Below, one piece after another: positions 1 to 12,630 of a stretch of 64,000 bases of DNA; position 1 is the first letter of the stretch; every line of letters starts with the position of its first letter. The position numbers and the translations under genes were made by a program. The notes under the pieces are model-generated. The model searched no databases and was not told the DNA's origin. It saw only the letters and a list, made by a program, of their open reading frames with translations. The stretch is from Chiloscyllium plagiosum. Its lineage: Eukaryota. The stretch lies in assembly GCF_004010195.1 (NCBI RefSeq), contig NC_057718.1, forward strand, positions 12,508,121 to 12,572,120, in the 5' to 3' direction.

Positions 1-904
1 GAGGCCAATGAAAGGGTTAATGCCAAGACAGGCTCCACAGGAAGGGAAGTGGCTGTTAGGCCACTCTAAGTGTAGACATTTCCTAAAATGCTTCCTATCA
101 CTTTGAAATTAAATCACATCTGTTCCAGCTCAAAGTCTCTGATGAGGTGGCTGGTACAGAACACTGAGTGGGATCAGTACTGATAAGGTTCATCTCTCTC
201 TGACACAACAGGTGCACCAGTAAAAGCAGTTTATTTGCATTGTGATAATGATTTCCCTCCAACTGTTGTTAATGAATTACTAAAACAGTTAATAAATGCA
301 ACCCAGCAAAATGCCTTCCTTTCATAATCAGCTTGGATTGTCTGTTGCTGAATGTGAGCATCATTGGAACTTCCAACTAATGGAAATACTGAACAAATCC
401 CAGAATGGAACTTGACTTGTAAGCTTATATATTTAACTTTTGCAGTTAGTTAACGTGATGGTTGGTCACGGCAACATATTCACAAGAGGCTGCAGATGTT
501 CTTTGACAACAGAACATTAGTTTATTACACGAAGGAAAAAGCAAAATTTTCTAAATTTAGAAGACAGTTAAGAGCTTTACACAATCATTAAAGCAGTTTT
601 AATTTACTTCCCAACATTATCCTTGTACAATTAATTAAATACAATTTACAATTAATTTTACTGAATTCTAAAGAAATATCACCCCATCTCAGCTTTTTAA
701 ATCATTACTTATAACATTTCTCAATTTCTTGAAGTGCTGCAACCTTTTTTAAAAGATTCCTTTCGAGCGTCTACTGACATTACCTCTCACAATTCAAATA
801 ATCTAAATGTTCTCAGTCCTAACAACTTGCAGACTCCTATCCAAACTCTCTTGGCCTGGAAGCTTCACAGACTAGAAACCACTTTTTTAATATATAATTT
901 ACTT

Positions 905-1221
905 GTAGGTTGTGGGTATCTCTGGCTCGGTAGTTATTGCCCATCCCTAATTGCCTAGAGGGCAGTTAAGAGTCAACCACATTGCTGTGGGTCTGGAGTC
1001 ACATGTAGGCCAGACCAGGTAAGGATGGCAGTTTCCTTCCCTAAAGGGCATTAGTGAACCAGATGCACTTTTCCAACAATTGTCAGTGGTGTCACGGTCA
1101 TCATCTGTTCCTTAATTCCAGATTCTTTACTGATTTAAATTCCACTATGGCGGGATTTGAACCTGGGTCCCTAGAAGATGAGATGAATTTCAGCAATAAT
1201 CGCATTAGGCTGTTGCCTCCC
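905..1221 (-). mobile_element. tRNA-derived SINE with LINE-like 3' tail (shark family)
   Basis: The minus strand starts GGGAGGCAACAGCCTAATGCG..., has a B-box-like GGTTCAAATCCC, and ends in ...GGGCAATTAGGGATGGGCAATAA. The same tail recurs at about 50170-50275 and 56640-56990. Confidence 0.7.
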
Positions 1222-2059
1222 TGATAGTACCACCAGCTAATACCATATGTTGAGTTGACTCAGTTCCCTGAACTCACTTGATTCTTCTGTCAGGAGGAAT
1301 TATTCTATTTTCTGAACTGAACTCTGAAGTAACTAAAACATTAAGCCTTCTGCTCTGAAGTCATAACTAAAGTAGTTACCTTTGTGTTTATCTGGCCTGT
1401 CATAAACACAACAGTATAAACATTTAACTCATTAACAGTCCAGATGTTCTCCTTGGCACTTTACTGCAGCCACATGCTTTCTTGAAACTGATGTATTTAG
1501 TTCACTGTTCCAAATTGACATCTTGACCTTTTAAGTATCACAGAACTGATCCACAATCATCTGATTTTGTCTTGAAATCCAAATCCAAAAATATAATATG
1601 TAGTACACCTTTCAGCCCAGTACAATGTAATTGTCTGTCTCAGATTGTTCCTGGAAGATATTAGAAACTGTTAAGGTCCCTTTCACTGTGAAGTGAAAGC
1701 AGTTAGAGTTACATTCATATCCAGATAGGGTGTGCCTTGGAGGTGAACTCAGGAAGTGATGGATGATTGCAAGGACATAGAGTCCACGTCAGCGAGGATG
1801 AAGGTCCTGACAAAGTAGCTTTGGTGATTGCTGCAGTGCATGCTAAGTATTGAGAAATCAGTAGCCACAGTGATCAATATTAAATACAGTGGCACACGCA
1901 GTAATAAATGAAGGCTGTACTGTCCTAGTTAGGCATAGCCATTTTAGCATTTCCCATTATTGGTCTGTCTGGAGCATCTGCATTTCCATATATCGATATA
2001 GCTCCACCAGTATGAGGAAGTACTCCAATATTGGAGGTAAGAAGTTAAATATCACAGCA

Positions 2060-2260
2060 AATGTAAAAGATCCCAAGGTGCTGTTCAAAGAAAATGTGAT
2101 GAGTTGTCCAGCCAATATTTATCCCTCCCCCAACAGAACAGATTATCACATAGTTCTTGTAGGAATTCACTGTGCATAAATTGTTTATTCTTGTTCTATG
2201 TTACATTTTTTAAAAGCTATTTGCAAAGGGCTTTTTGGAAAGCTTGAAATAAATGCACAA
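2060..2260 (+). mobile_element. Deu-domain SINE fragment (SacSINE1/AmnSINE-like), decayed
   Basis: Contains TAAAAGATCCCAAGG...CCAATATTTATCCCTC...ACAGATTATC, shared with the copies at 39640-40010 and 51530-51850. Confidence 0.55.
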
Positions 2261-2594
2261 GTTTTTTCACTACTTCTCTGCTGTCACGGAATAACAAGGC
2301 AATACAGGAGAAGAGTAATTGATACACATTGATCACTCCTGAGAAAAGATTGCTCGGTGTTCAGTTAATTAGACTTATCCTGCCCCCCGCAAAACGTTCT
2401 CCGATAGTCTGGCAGGCATTTTGTTTCTTAAATTGCTGGGGCTTTTGGCATCAAAACACAGAATTTTCACATTACCTAATGGATCTGGCTGTGCACTATA
2501 CTCCACGGAGGAGCAATTCCAATTGTGCCTGAAATGCAATTGCCATGATAGGTGAGACTTACATTCCTCTGAGATTAGTCCTGAGATTATTAGG

Positions 2595-2776
2595 TCTGTT
2601 AGCTCAGTTGGTTGGAGGGCTGGTTGGTAATACAGACTGACACCAACTGGCGGAGGTTACCATGAAGGACTCTCCTTCCTAACCTCTCCCCTCTCCTGAG
2701 ATGTGGTGACCCTCAGGTTAAATCACCACCAGTTATCTCTATCTAATGAGAGAGCAGGACTATGGTGACTTTACCT
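2595..2776 (+). mobile_element. Short tRNA-headed SINE
   Basis: A-box-like TTAGCTCAGTTGG head. The body (TTACCATGAAGGACTCTCCTTC) recurs at about 25570. Confidence 0.5.
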
Positions 2777-3109
2777 CTCATCCCATTGTTAATCTGTTTC
2801 TAATAAACAAATTCAAACCTGTATAAAAGTGACAATTGGCAGAAATGTAAGGCGAAGATGTTAAACACCACAGTAAAAAAGACATGCATGGAGTGAATGT
2901 TAATCTATATGAGACAAATCGAATTAGAGCTCAGCTACAGGCCATTCAACCTAACTGGTCTATGCTGGTATTCAAGCTTCACATGAACTTCTTCCCACTC
3001 CTCCACCATCTCATCCTATCACTATGACCCTTTATCCCTTTTTCCCTCATTTGCTTGCCTACCCTCCCCTTTTATTCTTTCACAGGTATGGATGCTGTTC
3101 GATACGCCA

Positions 3110-3742
3110 GGGTTCATTTCCTAACTAAGATTGCACATGGGAAGACGGTGGGGAGCTGTCTTGAACTGCTGCAATCATTTTATTGCAGAGACATCCACAA
3201 TGCTGTTAGGCCGAGAGGTCCAGGAGGCTGACCCAGCTACAGTGAAGGAACCGTGATATAGTTCCAAGTCAGGATGATCAATAGCGTGGAAGTAAACCTG
3301 TATGGTGGGGTTCCCATGAATCTGCTGGGTTATCTTCCTAGATGGAAGTGATTGTAAGTTTGGAAGGTGCTGTCTAAGGATCTTTGGTGAATTTGAATTA
3401 TGTATCATGTAGATTATATACACTGTTGTTACTGAGCGTCACTGGTGGAGGGAGTGGATGCTTATGGATGTGATGCCAATCGAGTGGGCTGCTTTGTCCT
3501 GGAGGGTGTCAAGCCTCTTTTGTGCTGTTAGAGCTGCACTCAACCAGGCAAGTAGGGAGTTCTTAAAATTTTGTTTTTAATTCATTCATGGGATGTGGAC
3601 GTCACTGCAGGGACCAGCAGCATTCCATCATATTCCTGACTTGTACCTTGTAGATGGTGGACAAGCATCTGGGAGACAGAAGGTCACCACAGAATTCTCA
3701 GCCTTTGACCTGCCTTCATAGCCACAGTATTTATATGGCTGG
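3110..3742 (-). mobile_element. CR1/L2-superfamily LINE 3' fragment (family B), resuming at 4155-4240 and 4590-4750
   Basis: The minus strand encodes degenerate ORF2 C-terminal peptides (...SPKILRQHLPNL). It is homologous to 15910-16710 and 55280-56150. Confidence 0.7.
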
Positions 3743-3744
3743 AC

Positions 3745-4152
3745 TATAGAAACAGAGAAAATAGCAGCAGGAGTAGGCCATTCGGCCCTTTGAGCCTGCT
3801 CCACCATTCAACACAATCATGGCTGATCCCGTATCCAATGCAATATTTCTGCATTCTCTCCATATCCCTTGATGCCTTTTACATCTAAACACTTAACAAC
3901 TTCTTTCTTGAATACACTCAGTGAGCCGGCCTCTACAGCCTTCTGTAGTGGCGAATTCCACCGGTTGACCACCTCCTGATTGAAAAAATGTTTCCTCATC
4001 TCAGTCCTAAATGGCCTATGCTATATCCCGAGACTGTAGTATCCTAGTTCAAGACACCCCAACCAGGGGAGACATCCTCCCGACATTGAGTTTGCCTAGC
4101 CCTGTTAGAAGTTTATACATTTCAATGAATTGCCTTCTCAGTCTTCTCAGCA
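3745..4152 (-). mobile_element. CR1 LINE 3' end nested in the family B LINE
   Basis: ORF 3817-3999 reads MRKHFFNQEVVNRWNSPLQKAVEA, a typical CR1 ORF2 C-terminus, followed by the CR1 3' tail (GAATGGCCTACTCCTGCT). Confidence 0.85.
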
Positions 4153-4749
4153 GTGTGAATGTTACTTGCTACTTATCAGTATACCACTTTACCTTGTCCA
4201 GGATTTGTAGCATATGGGCATGGGATGGTTCAGTGTCAGAGAACTGTCATAACCAGTCCCTGGGCAAGTTTATTACAGTTCCAGATGAAATACTCCAAAT
4301 GATCAAGCTCTCAGGTAAGGTGGGGTAAACTATCTCCCATTCTTTATTCATCTTCCTCTCTCAGTGGGTGTAACAAGGTTAATTTTAATAGAATTCTTCC
4401 TTTGTGGATATCTTTTTCCCAGAACATAATTAATTTACTTCTTAAAAGGAGCTAATTGAACCATTTTTTTCTGAGTAAGCAAATGAATTGGTTTATTAGG
4501 TACTGAACACCAGAAGACATAACACTGCAGTACATACAGACAGAGATTAGAAATAAGACGAGGACAGCAATGTAGTTGATTCGAGAAACTCCTGCAGCAA
4601 TGTCCTGGAGCTGAGATGAAGGACCTCCAACAACCCCAACCACCTTTCTTTGTGCCAGGTATGACATGAACTAGTTTCCCCCTGGATTCCCATTGATTCT
4701 AGTCTTGCTGAGGCTCAATCAAATGCAGCCTTAATGTTAAGAATCTCAT

Positions 4750-4951
4750 TCTGGTGGGTGCATGGAATGCACTACTGGCAGCAATAGTTGTGTCAGGTAC
4801 ATTAGGAACATTAAGCAACTCTTGGATAGGCACATGAAATATAGTATAATGAAAGGTATATAGGTTAGTCTGCTCTTAGAGTAGGATAAAAGGTCAGCAC
4901 AACATTGAGGGCTGAGGGGCCTGTACTGTGCTGTACTGTTCTATGTTCTAT
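4750..4951 (+). mobile_element. CR1 LINE extreme 3' end
   Basis: TGGAATGCACT...GGGCTGAGGGGCCTGTACTGTGCTGTACTGTTCTATGTTCTAT, a CR1 terminal repeat tail. Confidence 0.75.
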
Positions 4952-6327
4952 CTTCACTTCACCACTGGACTTCAGTTATTTTCTTCATATTTGTTCTAAG
5001 GATGTAACTAACGGAGTATCCATGGGAAAACCCAAATTGACTGTCAGTGAGTGGGTTATTGTTGACTATCATATCTCCTCTCAACTTTTCTCTCAGGTCA
5101 ACAATCCTGGTTTCTCTAAACTATCCATGTAACATAGGCCTCTCATCCCTGAAACCATTCTTGTGAATCTTTTCTGTGTTCTGTCTAATGGTTTCATATC
5201 TTTGCCCAGAACTGGACACAATACTCCAGTTGAAGCTGAACCAGTATTTTGGAAAGGTTCATCATTGCTGCTTTTCGTTTAGTACTTTTTTAAAAAAACA
5301 CGAATGCTGTTCAATTCTGCTTTTCATCCATTGTTTTGCTTCACCTTCAATTTACCCTGAACATAGACTTTCCCTGTCACTAATTTTCCCTGTATTCCCA
5401 CTGAGGAAGTAGCTGCCTTAGGGATTAGCTGCGTGAAATCACCTTTGGTCTGAGAGAGATATTCGGGTGACATATCCTTAAACCATGTATGTGTTCCTTC
5501 CCCTTCTCAGAAAACCTTTGTGACACACTTCATTTATACAATCGACTGCTCTTACACCTACAAACTCAACTTAGTAAAGGGCTTGGAGTCAGCCTGTGAA
5601 TGGTTTAATGTTTCTTTAAAGTTGCTGAAGTTAAAGAGAAAGTGAGTTTCTGGCTGATCTACTCAGCCACAATCGAAAAGTCCAACAGAATATTTGCATC
5701 TTCCCTGGTGTCATCCTATTCCTTTGTCTCCACGGCCTCTTTAACAACAGCAAAAAGTTAGGGAAATGTGACTATGTGTGGTCCGGGAATCCTGCCTGTC
5801 ACAATGAGCCCTTCAGCCAGACAGGAAGCCTTTTACTTAAGATATCTTGCTTAGATGAAAGTCCGCAGTGTCAAATGAACAAAAAGCAGAATGCCGATAG
5901 TCAGAGGAACAATAGTTCACAAGGCAGTAAACGTTACACTAGAGGGACGGGATGGTAATGTAGGAAGCACACATGAGAAAATAGTTAGGTAGGCTAAACC
6001 GCAGAGTGATAAATGTTCACACTTGCATTCATTAGAAGGTTAAGTGCCTTGCAAGGGGCAGTGTAAGAGCTTAGCCTATCAGATGGCAATGTCCAAGATA
6101 AGTAGAATTCCAAGCTATCTCTCTAGGGACCTTTAATGGTTTCCCAGATCCGCACTTTCACTGCAGTCTGTAGAGAGGGTATTTAATGACAGAGGAACAT
6201 AGTATCCATGCCAACAGGGTATCTCACTGTTCACATACACCAGGACCAAAGACCAGGCTCCCAGTAACATCAGACCACTCTGACAGATGTCACTTTGTTA
6301 TTCTTGCTGTATATTCCATCAAACTAT

Positions 6328-6349
6328 TTCTCTCTCTCTCTCTCTCTCT
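6328..6349. repeat. (CT)n microsatellite
   Basis: Seen directly. Confidence 0.9.
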
Positions 6350-6477
6350 ATCTGTCTTGGCACTGAAATCATTTGGCAATCATTTAGGTCAGAGGTAAGG
6401 CCTCCTTTTTTTTTACCTCTGTTTGGTTACCCCACCCTCTACCTCCCCACCATCCAGCTCCCACTCAGGAGCCTTAC

Positions 6478-6758
6478 CCAGTGTGATTCCTGAACTGGTT
6501 TTCCCTCCCATGTGTCACCCTCACTCAAACAGTGCCACATCCTGATGGATCGGGAGGGGACAGCAGCAGAAAACCTCAAAAGCAATTTGCCTCGGAGTGT
6601 TCGCTGCAGCAGCTTTGAGGAGGAATTGGAGCTTGAAGATAGTCAAGATCTTAAGAGGCAGCAAGACACCGAACTGGGTAATGGGGTGGTGGAATGGATG
6701 TGGAATGAACATGTACAAGGGGCGAAAGGCTGGTATTTCACAATTCGAAGGATAAACA
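6478..6758 (-). other. Candidate host-gene exon containing a start codon (unidentified gene)
   Basis: Repeat-free block. On the minus strand there is a pyrimidine-rich acceptor ...TTGCTTCTGTCTCAG at 6759-6761 and a donor TGG|GTAAGG at 6478/6477. ATGs at 6540 (MWHCLSEGDTWEGKPVQESHW, phase 0) and 6511 (MGGKTSSGITL, phase 1) are both open to the donor. Confidence 0.35.
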
Positions 6759-7709
6759 CTGAGACAGAAGCAACACACACAAAAAAACAAAACAGCTGTA
6801 AGTGAACTGAGATATTTACTAGAGTGCAGGCATTAGCACAAAGCATGCCTGTGGCTCCATCCTCCCGCTCATATAAAGACCCCATTTATCGAGAGTTCCC
6901 CTGTCGGTTGCTGGTTAAAGTTTCGAAGACAGATTATCTTGTGCTCATCGCCTTTGGCAGCCCCCAGTAAGATCACGTCATGGGCCCAACTTCCTTTCAC
7001 TTGTATCAAAGCTGCAGGTGCAGTGGATGGTTTAACCCGGAGCAGGAACAGCTGATGATCAATGGAGCCAGACTGCAGGACCTGAGCCGAGATTCCTCCA
7101 CAGCCTTCAATTCACACCCGCACAGTCTCCACAACTGAAACACTTCCATGCTCTACATTGCTGCACTTCTTAAACCGGGATTAGTCCAGTTTGAGAGTGG
7201 CTGCCTGTTCAGTTTAAAAAACAAATCTGACTGAGATCCCTCACTTTCTCCTGCTGCTACAACACATTGATGTTATGCATTTAGTAAAGGGCTGGTTAGA
7301 CTCATCTCAAACCCACCTCACTATATTCCACAGGCAGGCAGATTAAAGCATGAGCAATCTTACTCCTTCTGCATATTCAAATCATAGATAATCAAAGGAA
7401 TAGGAGTGTCAGTGGGCCAATCGGCCTCTCGACCTTCCACCTGCTCATCTGATTGTGTCTTTAGCTTTACTGTCCCTGCCTGTCCCCATAATCTCTGTTC
7501 CAGCTGTGAACGGGGCTCAAAATGGGACCAATACAGCCACACATTTGCTCACACACAGACACACACACACATAAAATCGGAAGAACACAATGCAGGTCTG
7601 TACAAGGAACCCAGAAAACTGCCAAGATGCTTTCCTTTAGAGACATTATTTGACTCAGAGCAGTGCGACGGAGTTGCAGTTGGTGAGACATGGATTTGAA
7701 AAAAAGATA

Positions 7710-7860
7710 AAGATATTCATTTATGTAGCAACATTCATATCCTCAAGATTTCCCAAACTGAGGTAGTTCTGAAGTCACTGTTACAAAGTTGAGAAGCCAA
7801 GTTATGCAGAGCAAAACTCCCACAAACAACAATGAGATAATGACAGGATGATCTGTTTCA
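7710..7860 (-). mobile_element. Deu-domain SINE 3' part
   Basis: CTCCCACAAACAACAATGAGATAATGAC is the reverse complement of the Deu-SINE body. Confidence 0.55.
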
Positions 7861-8622
7861 GTGCAGAGGTCGCCCACCCTACCATCCTGCCTGCTGACAC
7901 TCCCTGTGTTATCCCAGCACATCGAAGAAACACAGATACAGTCAAAGGCAAGGCATGTTCTGCATCCATATACGGGGCACTGTAAGAATGCTTGACCGTG
8001 GGTGGAGGCTATTGGACGAATCAAGAGGGTGAGGCAGATCTGTCGTGGGCAGAGAGTTGTAAAGCACAGAATCCTGCTGAGCAGGCTTGCACATCCCAGA
8101 AGAACACCCACTTTGTTCTAGTCCATTTTGCTGCAACACTTGGGATCAATTCCAGTTGCAAAGAAGGAATTAGGACGGGTTTAGAGTGGTTGGAAATGTA
8201 TGTGCTGTATGTATCAATGATTTTTTAAATATGCCTAGAGGGTGTGATGTCAACACAACCAGATGATACCAATAGCAGCCATAGTTACTTCTTTTGATGA
8301 CCTAAGGAAGCCACAAAGGGCTATTGATTGTGCTAAAACAAGCTAAAAAGTACCAGTTGGAATTCAATGTCAATAAGTTTAAAAAGCACCAGCAGCTGTT
8401 AATATCCGGGAGGAAGAGGCTTGGTGCTGAGCCAGGCTGGATGGATTTGGGAGAATAGACCCAGAGAACATTAAAGCCTGGACCTCAGGTTGATGGCTGT
8501 TTTTTTTTTAAAGTATTATAGGTTTTTATGGCAAAAGTTAGAATATAAAAGCCAAAGGGTGAAGTTTGAAAAGAAAAATCTGAATTTGAGTGTTTTGTGT
8601 CATGGTTGTACACAACAGGACA

Positions 8623-8718
8623 GATTTGAAGCCTATAGTGAGGGTGCAGTGGGTATTTGAAGCCTATACTGAGGATGCAGTAGGTATTTGAAGCCTATAC
8701 CGAGGGTGCAGTGGGTAT
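8623..8718. repeat. Tandem repeat, about 3 copies of a 31-bp unit
   Basis: The unit ATTTGAAGCCTATA(C/G)(T/C)GAGG(G/A)TGCAGT(G/A)GGT is repeated three times. Confidence 0.9.
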
Positions 8719-9469
8719 TATCTCTGCCTCTGAGCCAAAGGGTCTGTGTTTAAGTGCCACTCCAGGACTTTGTAACCAGGGAAAGTGCATTTCTAACATG
8801 GCCAAATAGGTGAGTGTCCACATTCAATACATGCTGATTGATGCAGTAAGAGCCGGAGTGGTTCTTGGTCAGCTAAGTGTGGCAGACACAATTTATCTGC
8901 CTTATTGTGACAAGTTTTTATGTGAGGTTAGTGTGCTTTCTTATATTCAGGGTGATTTTGAATATCTCACACACAGTACCATGCACACACAGATTCTAGT
9001 GCAGATGAAGAAAGAAACAATACAATTACAATTTGGAAGTACTTCAATCTCTTTTGTAGCAGACCTGGAGCTTCTTAGATTAATTGATGTTCAGCTGAAG
9101 TTCAGATCTTGTGAACAAACAGGGTTTATAGTAAGCTGAAAGGCTTCTGACAGTTAAATTTCCAAGAGGCAGATTCCAAGGGTATAGCTGAGTATTACTT
9201 TAACTGATTCGTTTTCTTGCTGATGTTTCCATGATTTATCATGTGATGTTACAGGTGGTAACTGTTGTAGTGTTGCTGATCAGACTAGTTTCTGCTGTTG
9301 TTTCTAGAAGCAGGAGACAGACAAGGCTGCCTTACATGACCTGTTACTAATCCAAAGTAATGTTCCAAAATAAGGTGGTATGTTCGGCCAGTAAACATCC
9401 TGTGTTGTGGCTTTTTACACCCTGAGGGTAGAACTTTAGAGGATCCTGAAAGATATGGAGAATGGTGAG

Positions 9470-11140
9470 ATTTGTAATAGAATTGTGTGAGAAATCTGGC
9501 GAGACCTACCTTGATGTTGGGAGCAACTTGCTGCATCTTTGCTGTAACTGCTTGGCGTCAAGACAAAGTTCTTACTAGGGGGCAGTGAGCTGCCTGTAAA
9601 GGGGGATTGTTCTTTGTTAGTGATTTTAATAACTGTACATCTCACCTCATTAATATGCAGCATCTTATCTTACAAAAGGCGCACAGCAAATTACCCAGAA
9701 TTCTTGAGAAGAAAGTCCAAGCAGGTAGCTGCGACTCCAGCTTACCCCTTGCTCCAAAGGACCTCCATGTTGGACACCAGGCACCAACTCCTTGGGGCAC
9801 ACTTCACAGGCACGGGCCACACCCACATCCTACATCCACGGACATTGGCATCCACCATGTGCCAGCATCTAAGAACCCTCATGGCTCATCTCTGATCCAC
9901 TTGCATTTCCTTTCTGTACTTCAATGCTGAACCTCGAGACACACTGACATCTATCATTGAAATACTGCAGTAAGGACTCTATGTGCTCAGGGACATGGAC
10001 CCAGCTCATAGACTGGATCAGGTTCTCATAGGGTTCATTTTCCCTGAGCATTACTGTCTGCTCAGAGCATCACCGTCTTCCATCACCTTGCCTTGCCATT
10101 TTGCTCTTTATCCCTCAGCCAGAGACACTAGGCTCACCACACTGCTCTTCTACCGTGCCATTTAACACAGGCCCAAAGCTGGGAAGCTGGTCCTGGTCGT
10201 CAACAGTCCTCAGTCAAATCAGAGGAGATAGTCTTCAAGTCAGGGGGTCCCAGCCTCTGATGCTAGACACAGTCAGTCACCCGCTCAGATTCCTTCACGT
10301 ATAAGGGATGAGGAGCCCAATGTCAAAAAGCCCAAAGACTCCTCTTGATCCTTTTGTCCTTAACGTGGGCTGTTTCTCTTCTGCAAGTGAGAAAGGCAGG
10401 ATTTAAGGGAGATGACAGTGGGTGGCACAACCTTTGGTGCAGGTGGGGAGGTGTCCTAAACAAGTGAGTAGGCAGCACAGTGAGCAAACAGAGTTAGAGA
10501 TAGGGTGGGTGACAGCAAGTGAAGAAAGACGGTGCAAGCAATAGTGAGAGCGGTTGACCTTCGACCTTGGTGGGAGATGTGAGGGATAGAGTGAGTGTGA
10601 GGTATTGGAAAGAAGATGGTGTCACATATGCTGGAGTAACTGACCTTCTTCCTGCAATGCTGCAATTCCCCTACATTGTTGAGATTGCACTGACCCGGGT
10701 GGTAATATCAGAGCAGGCTGGCATGGTCTGATGTCATGGCCTCCACTGCCAGTCCTGGGGAATGAGGATAGCTCTCCCTGCATCACCCTGTCCAGCAGGA
10801 CCTCTATTATGTCTCTACCCTGAAAAGCAGGGGGCCATGCACGGGGCCAAAAAAAGGCAAGCCTGGACTCAGCTCATGTGCAGGTGTACAACAGCCTTTT
10901 AAAGATGGTGCTGTGCCAGGGATGCCAGTCAATTCTGAGATAACCAGCAGTGAAGCTTTGTTCTGGGCATGATGCATGGTAAAACAAGACTAGAATTGGA
11001 TGAGATAAGTGCCACAGGATGGGGCAGCTAGTTAATAATACATGTTTGGTAAGATATGCTGAGAGACATCAACAGGCCTCATGGTGAGAAACCCAGAAAC
11101 TTGACAAAACGGACACTTGGCTAAATGTAAGATTCAACCC
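9470..11140 (-). mobile_element. Decayed PIF/Harbinger-type DNA transposon (Myb/SANT ORF remnant at about 10620-10840)
   Basis: The minus strand, across frameshifts, reads MAPCFS..EVLLDRVMQG..ILIPQD..TRVSAIS..QHCRKKVS, which resembles the Myb/SANT-like DNA-binding domain of Harbinger ORF1. Outer boundaries are uncertain. Confidence 0.5.
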
Positions 11141-12029
11141 CTGAGAGTTTCAAATAACTAAGGCCTTTGTGTTTGGAATATTGAGCCACCGCATTACAAT
11201 GCAAGGCCAATGTGGGATCATTATCTATCTACCTGCCATCCATTGAGTTTTGATGTTTCTATTGTCCACTGTGAAGCAATAGACAAATGGGCTTGTATGT
11301 TATTGTCATTCTGTTCATCCTTCACAGAGGAATTTTACAGGTGGCTGTGGTTATCCATGTTCAATTAGGTATTTGCTTGAACTTCAGGACTATCAGGGCA
11401 GAATAATACAAAGTTACATGATAGGCTGCCAGCCTGCATAAACAGCTGTTGTAATCACATTTAACAATACAGCTTTTACATTTGTAAAATCTTCATGCCT
11501 CCATTGGGCATGACCCTCGCAAGGGGAACAACATTGGATGATCTACCATCACCCTCCAGAGCTCCAGACTACAACGTGGTTGTAAAATTCATGTTAACAC
11601 AGCAACTGAAACTCCGTGAGGGAACTACAACACACCCCACCACCACATCATGGGTCCATTTGGTTCATGTCTGCCATAAGGAAATTCAAAAATTGAGAGA
11701 TTACTTAAATAATGGATAGTGCAAAGTGATATGATGGAAGAGAATTTAATGATGAAAGATAGACATAGGTGGACAGATTCTTTTTGCGTAAAGGTGTTAA
11801 AGGTTATGGAATCAAGGTGTGTAAACCGAATTAAGATGTGGCTTAGCTGTTATCTAATTGAATGACTGAATCCACTTGAAGGGCCGAATGGTTTCCTTGA
11901 GCACAAACAGGGTGATAGTAACAGTTTCCAGTGATTGAGGGGTCAGGATTGAGGGACCAAAGTTACGAAGGAGCACAGGGAAGAGCTGGCTTTTCGCAAA
12001 GTAATATCTTGAACCCACCTGTTGATTGC

Positions 12030-12630
12030 CTTTATTGATCGTGTATAGGTATTAGGATGTCATCTTGTAGCTGTACAGGATATTGGTTAGGCCACTTTTG
12101 GAATATTGCATTTAGTTCTGGTCTCCCTACTATAGGAAAAATGATGTGAAACTTAAGAGGGTTCAGAAAAGATTTACAAGGATGTTGCTGGGGTTAGATG
12201 GGTTGAACTATAGGGAGGGGCTGAATAGGCTGGGGCTGTTTGCCCTGGAGCTTCGGACGCTTAGGGGTGACCTTATAAATGTTTATAAAATCATGAGGGG
12301 CATGGATAGGATAAATAGTCAAGGTTTTTCCCTAGGGTAGGGTAATCCAGAACTAGAGGGCATGGGTTTGAGGTAAGGGGGAAAAGTTTAAAAGGGGCAA
12401 CTTTTCATGCACAGTGTGGTGCATGTATGGAATGAGCTGCCAGAGTGGAGGCTGGTAAAATTACAACATTTAAAAGGCATCTGGATGATTACATAAATGG
12501 GAAGTGTTTAGAGGGATATGGGCCACATGCTGGCAAATGGGACTAGATTAGTTTAGGATATCTGGTCAGCATGGTTAAGTTGGACCGAAGGGTCTGTTAC
12601 TGTGCTGAACACCTCTATGACTCTATGACT
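12030..12630 (+). mobile_element. HER1/CR1 LINE 3' fragment
   Basis: ORF 12146-12340 reads KLKRVQKRFTRMLLGL...LRGDLINVYKIMRG and the fragment ends in CTCTATGACTCTATGACT. Confidence 0.9.

Noticed and set aside
6512..6805. Plus-strand 97-aa ORF with a nearby GTAAGT
   Set aside because: No recognisable domain and it starts at GTG. The minus-strand exon reading has better splice and start context.
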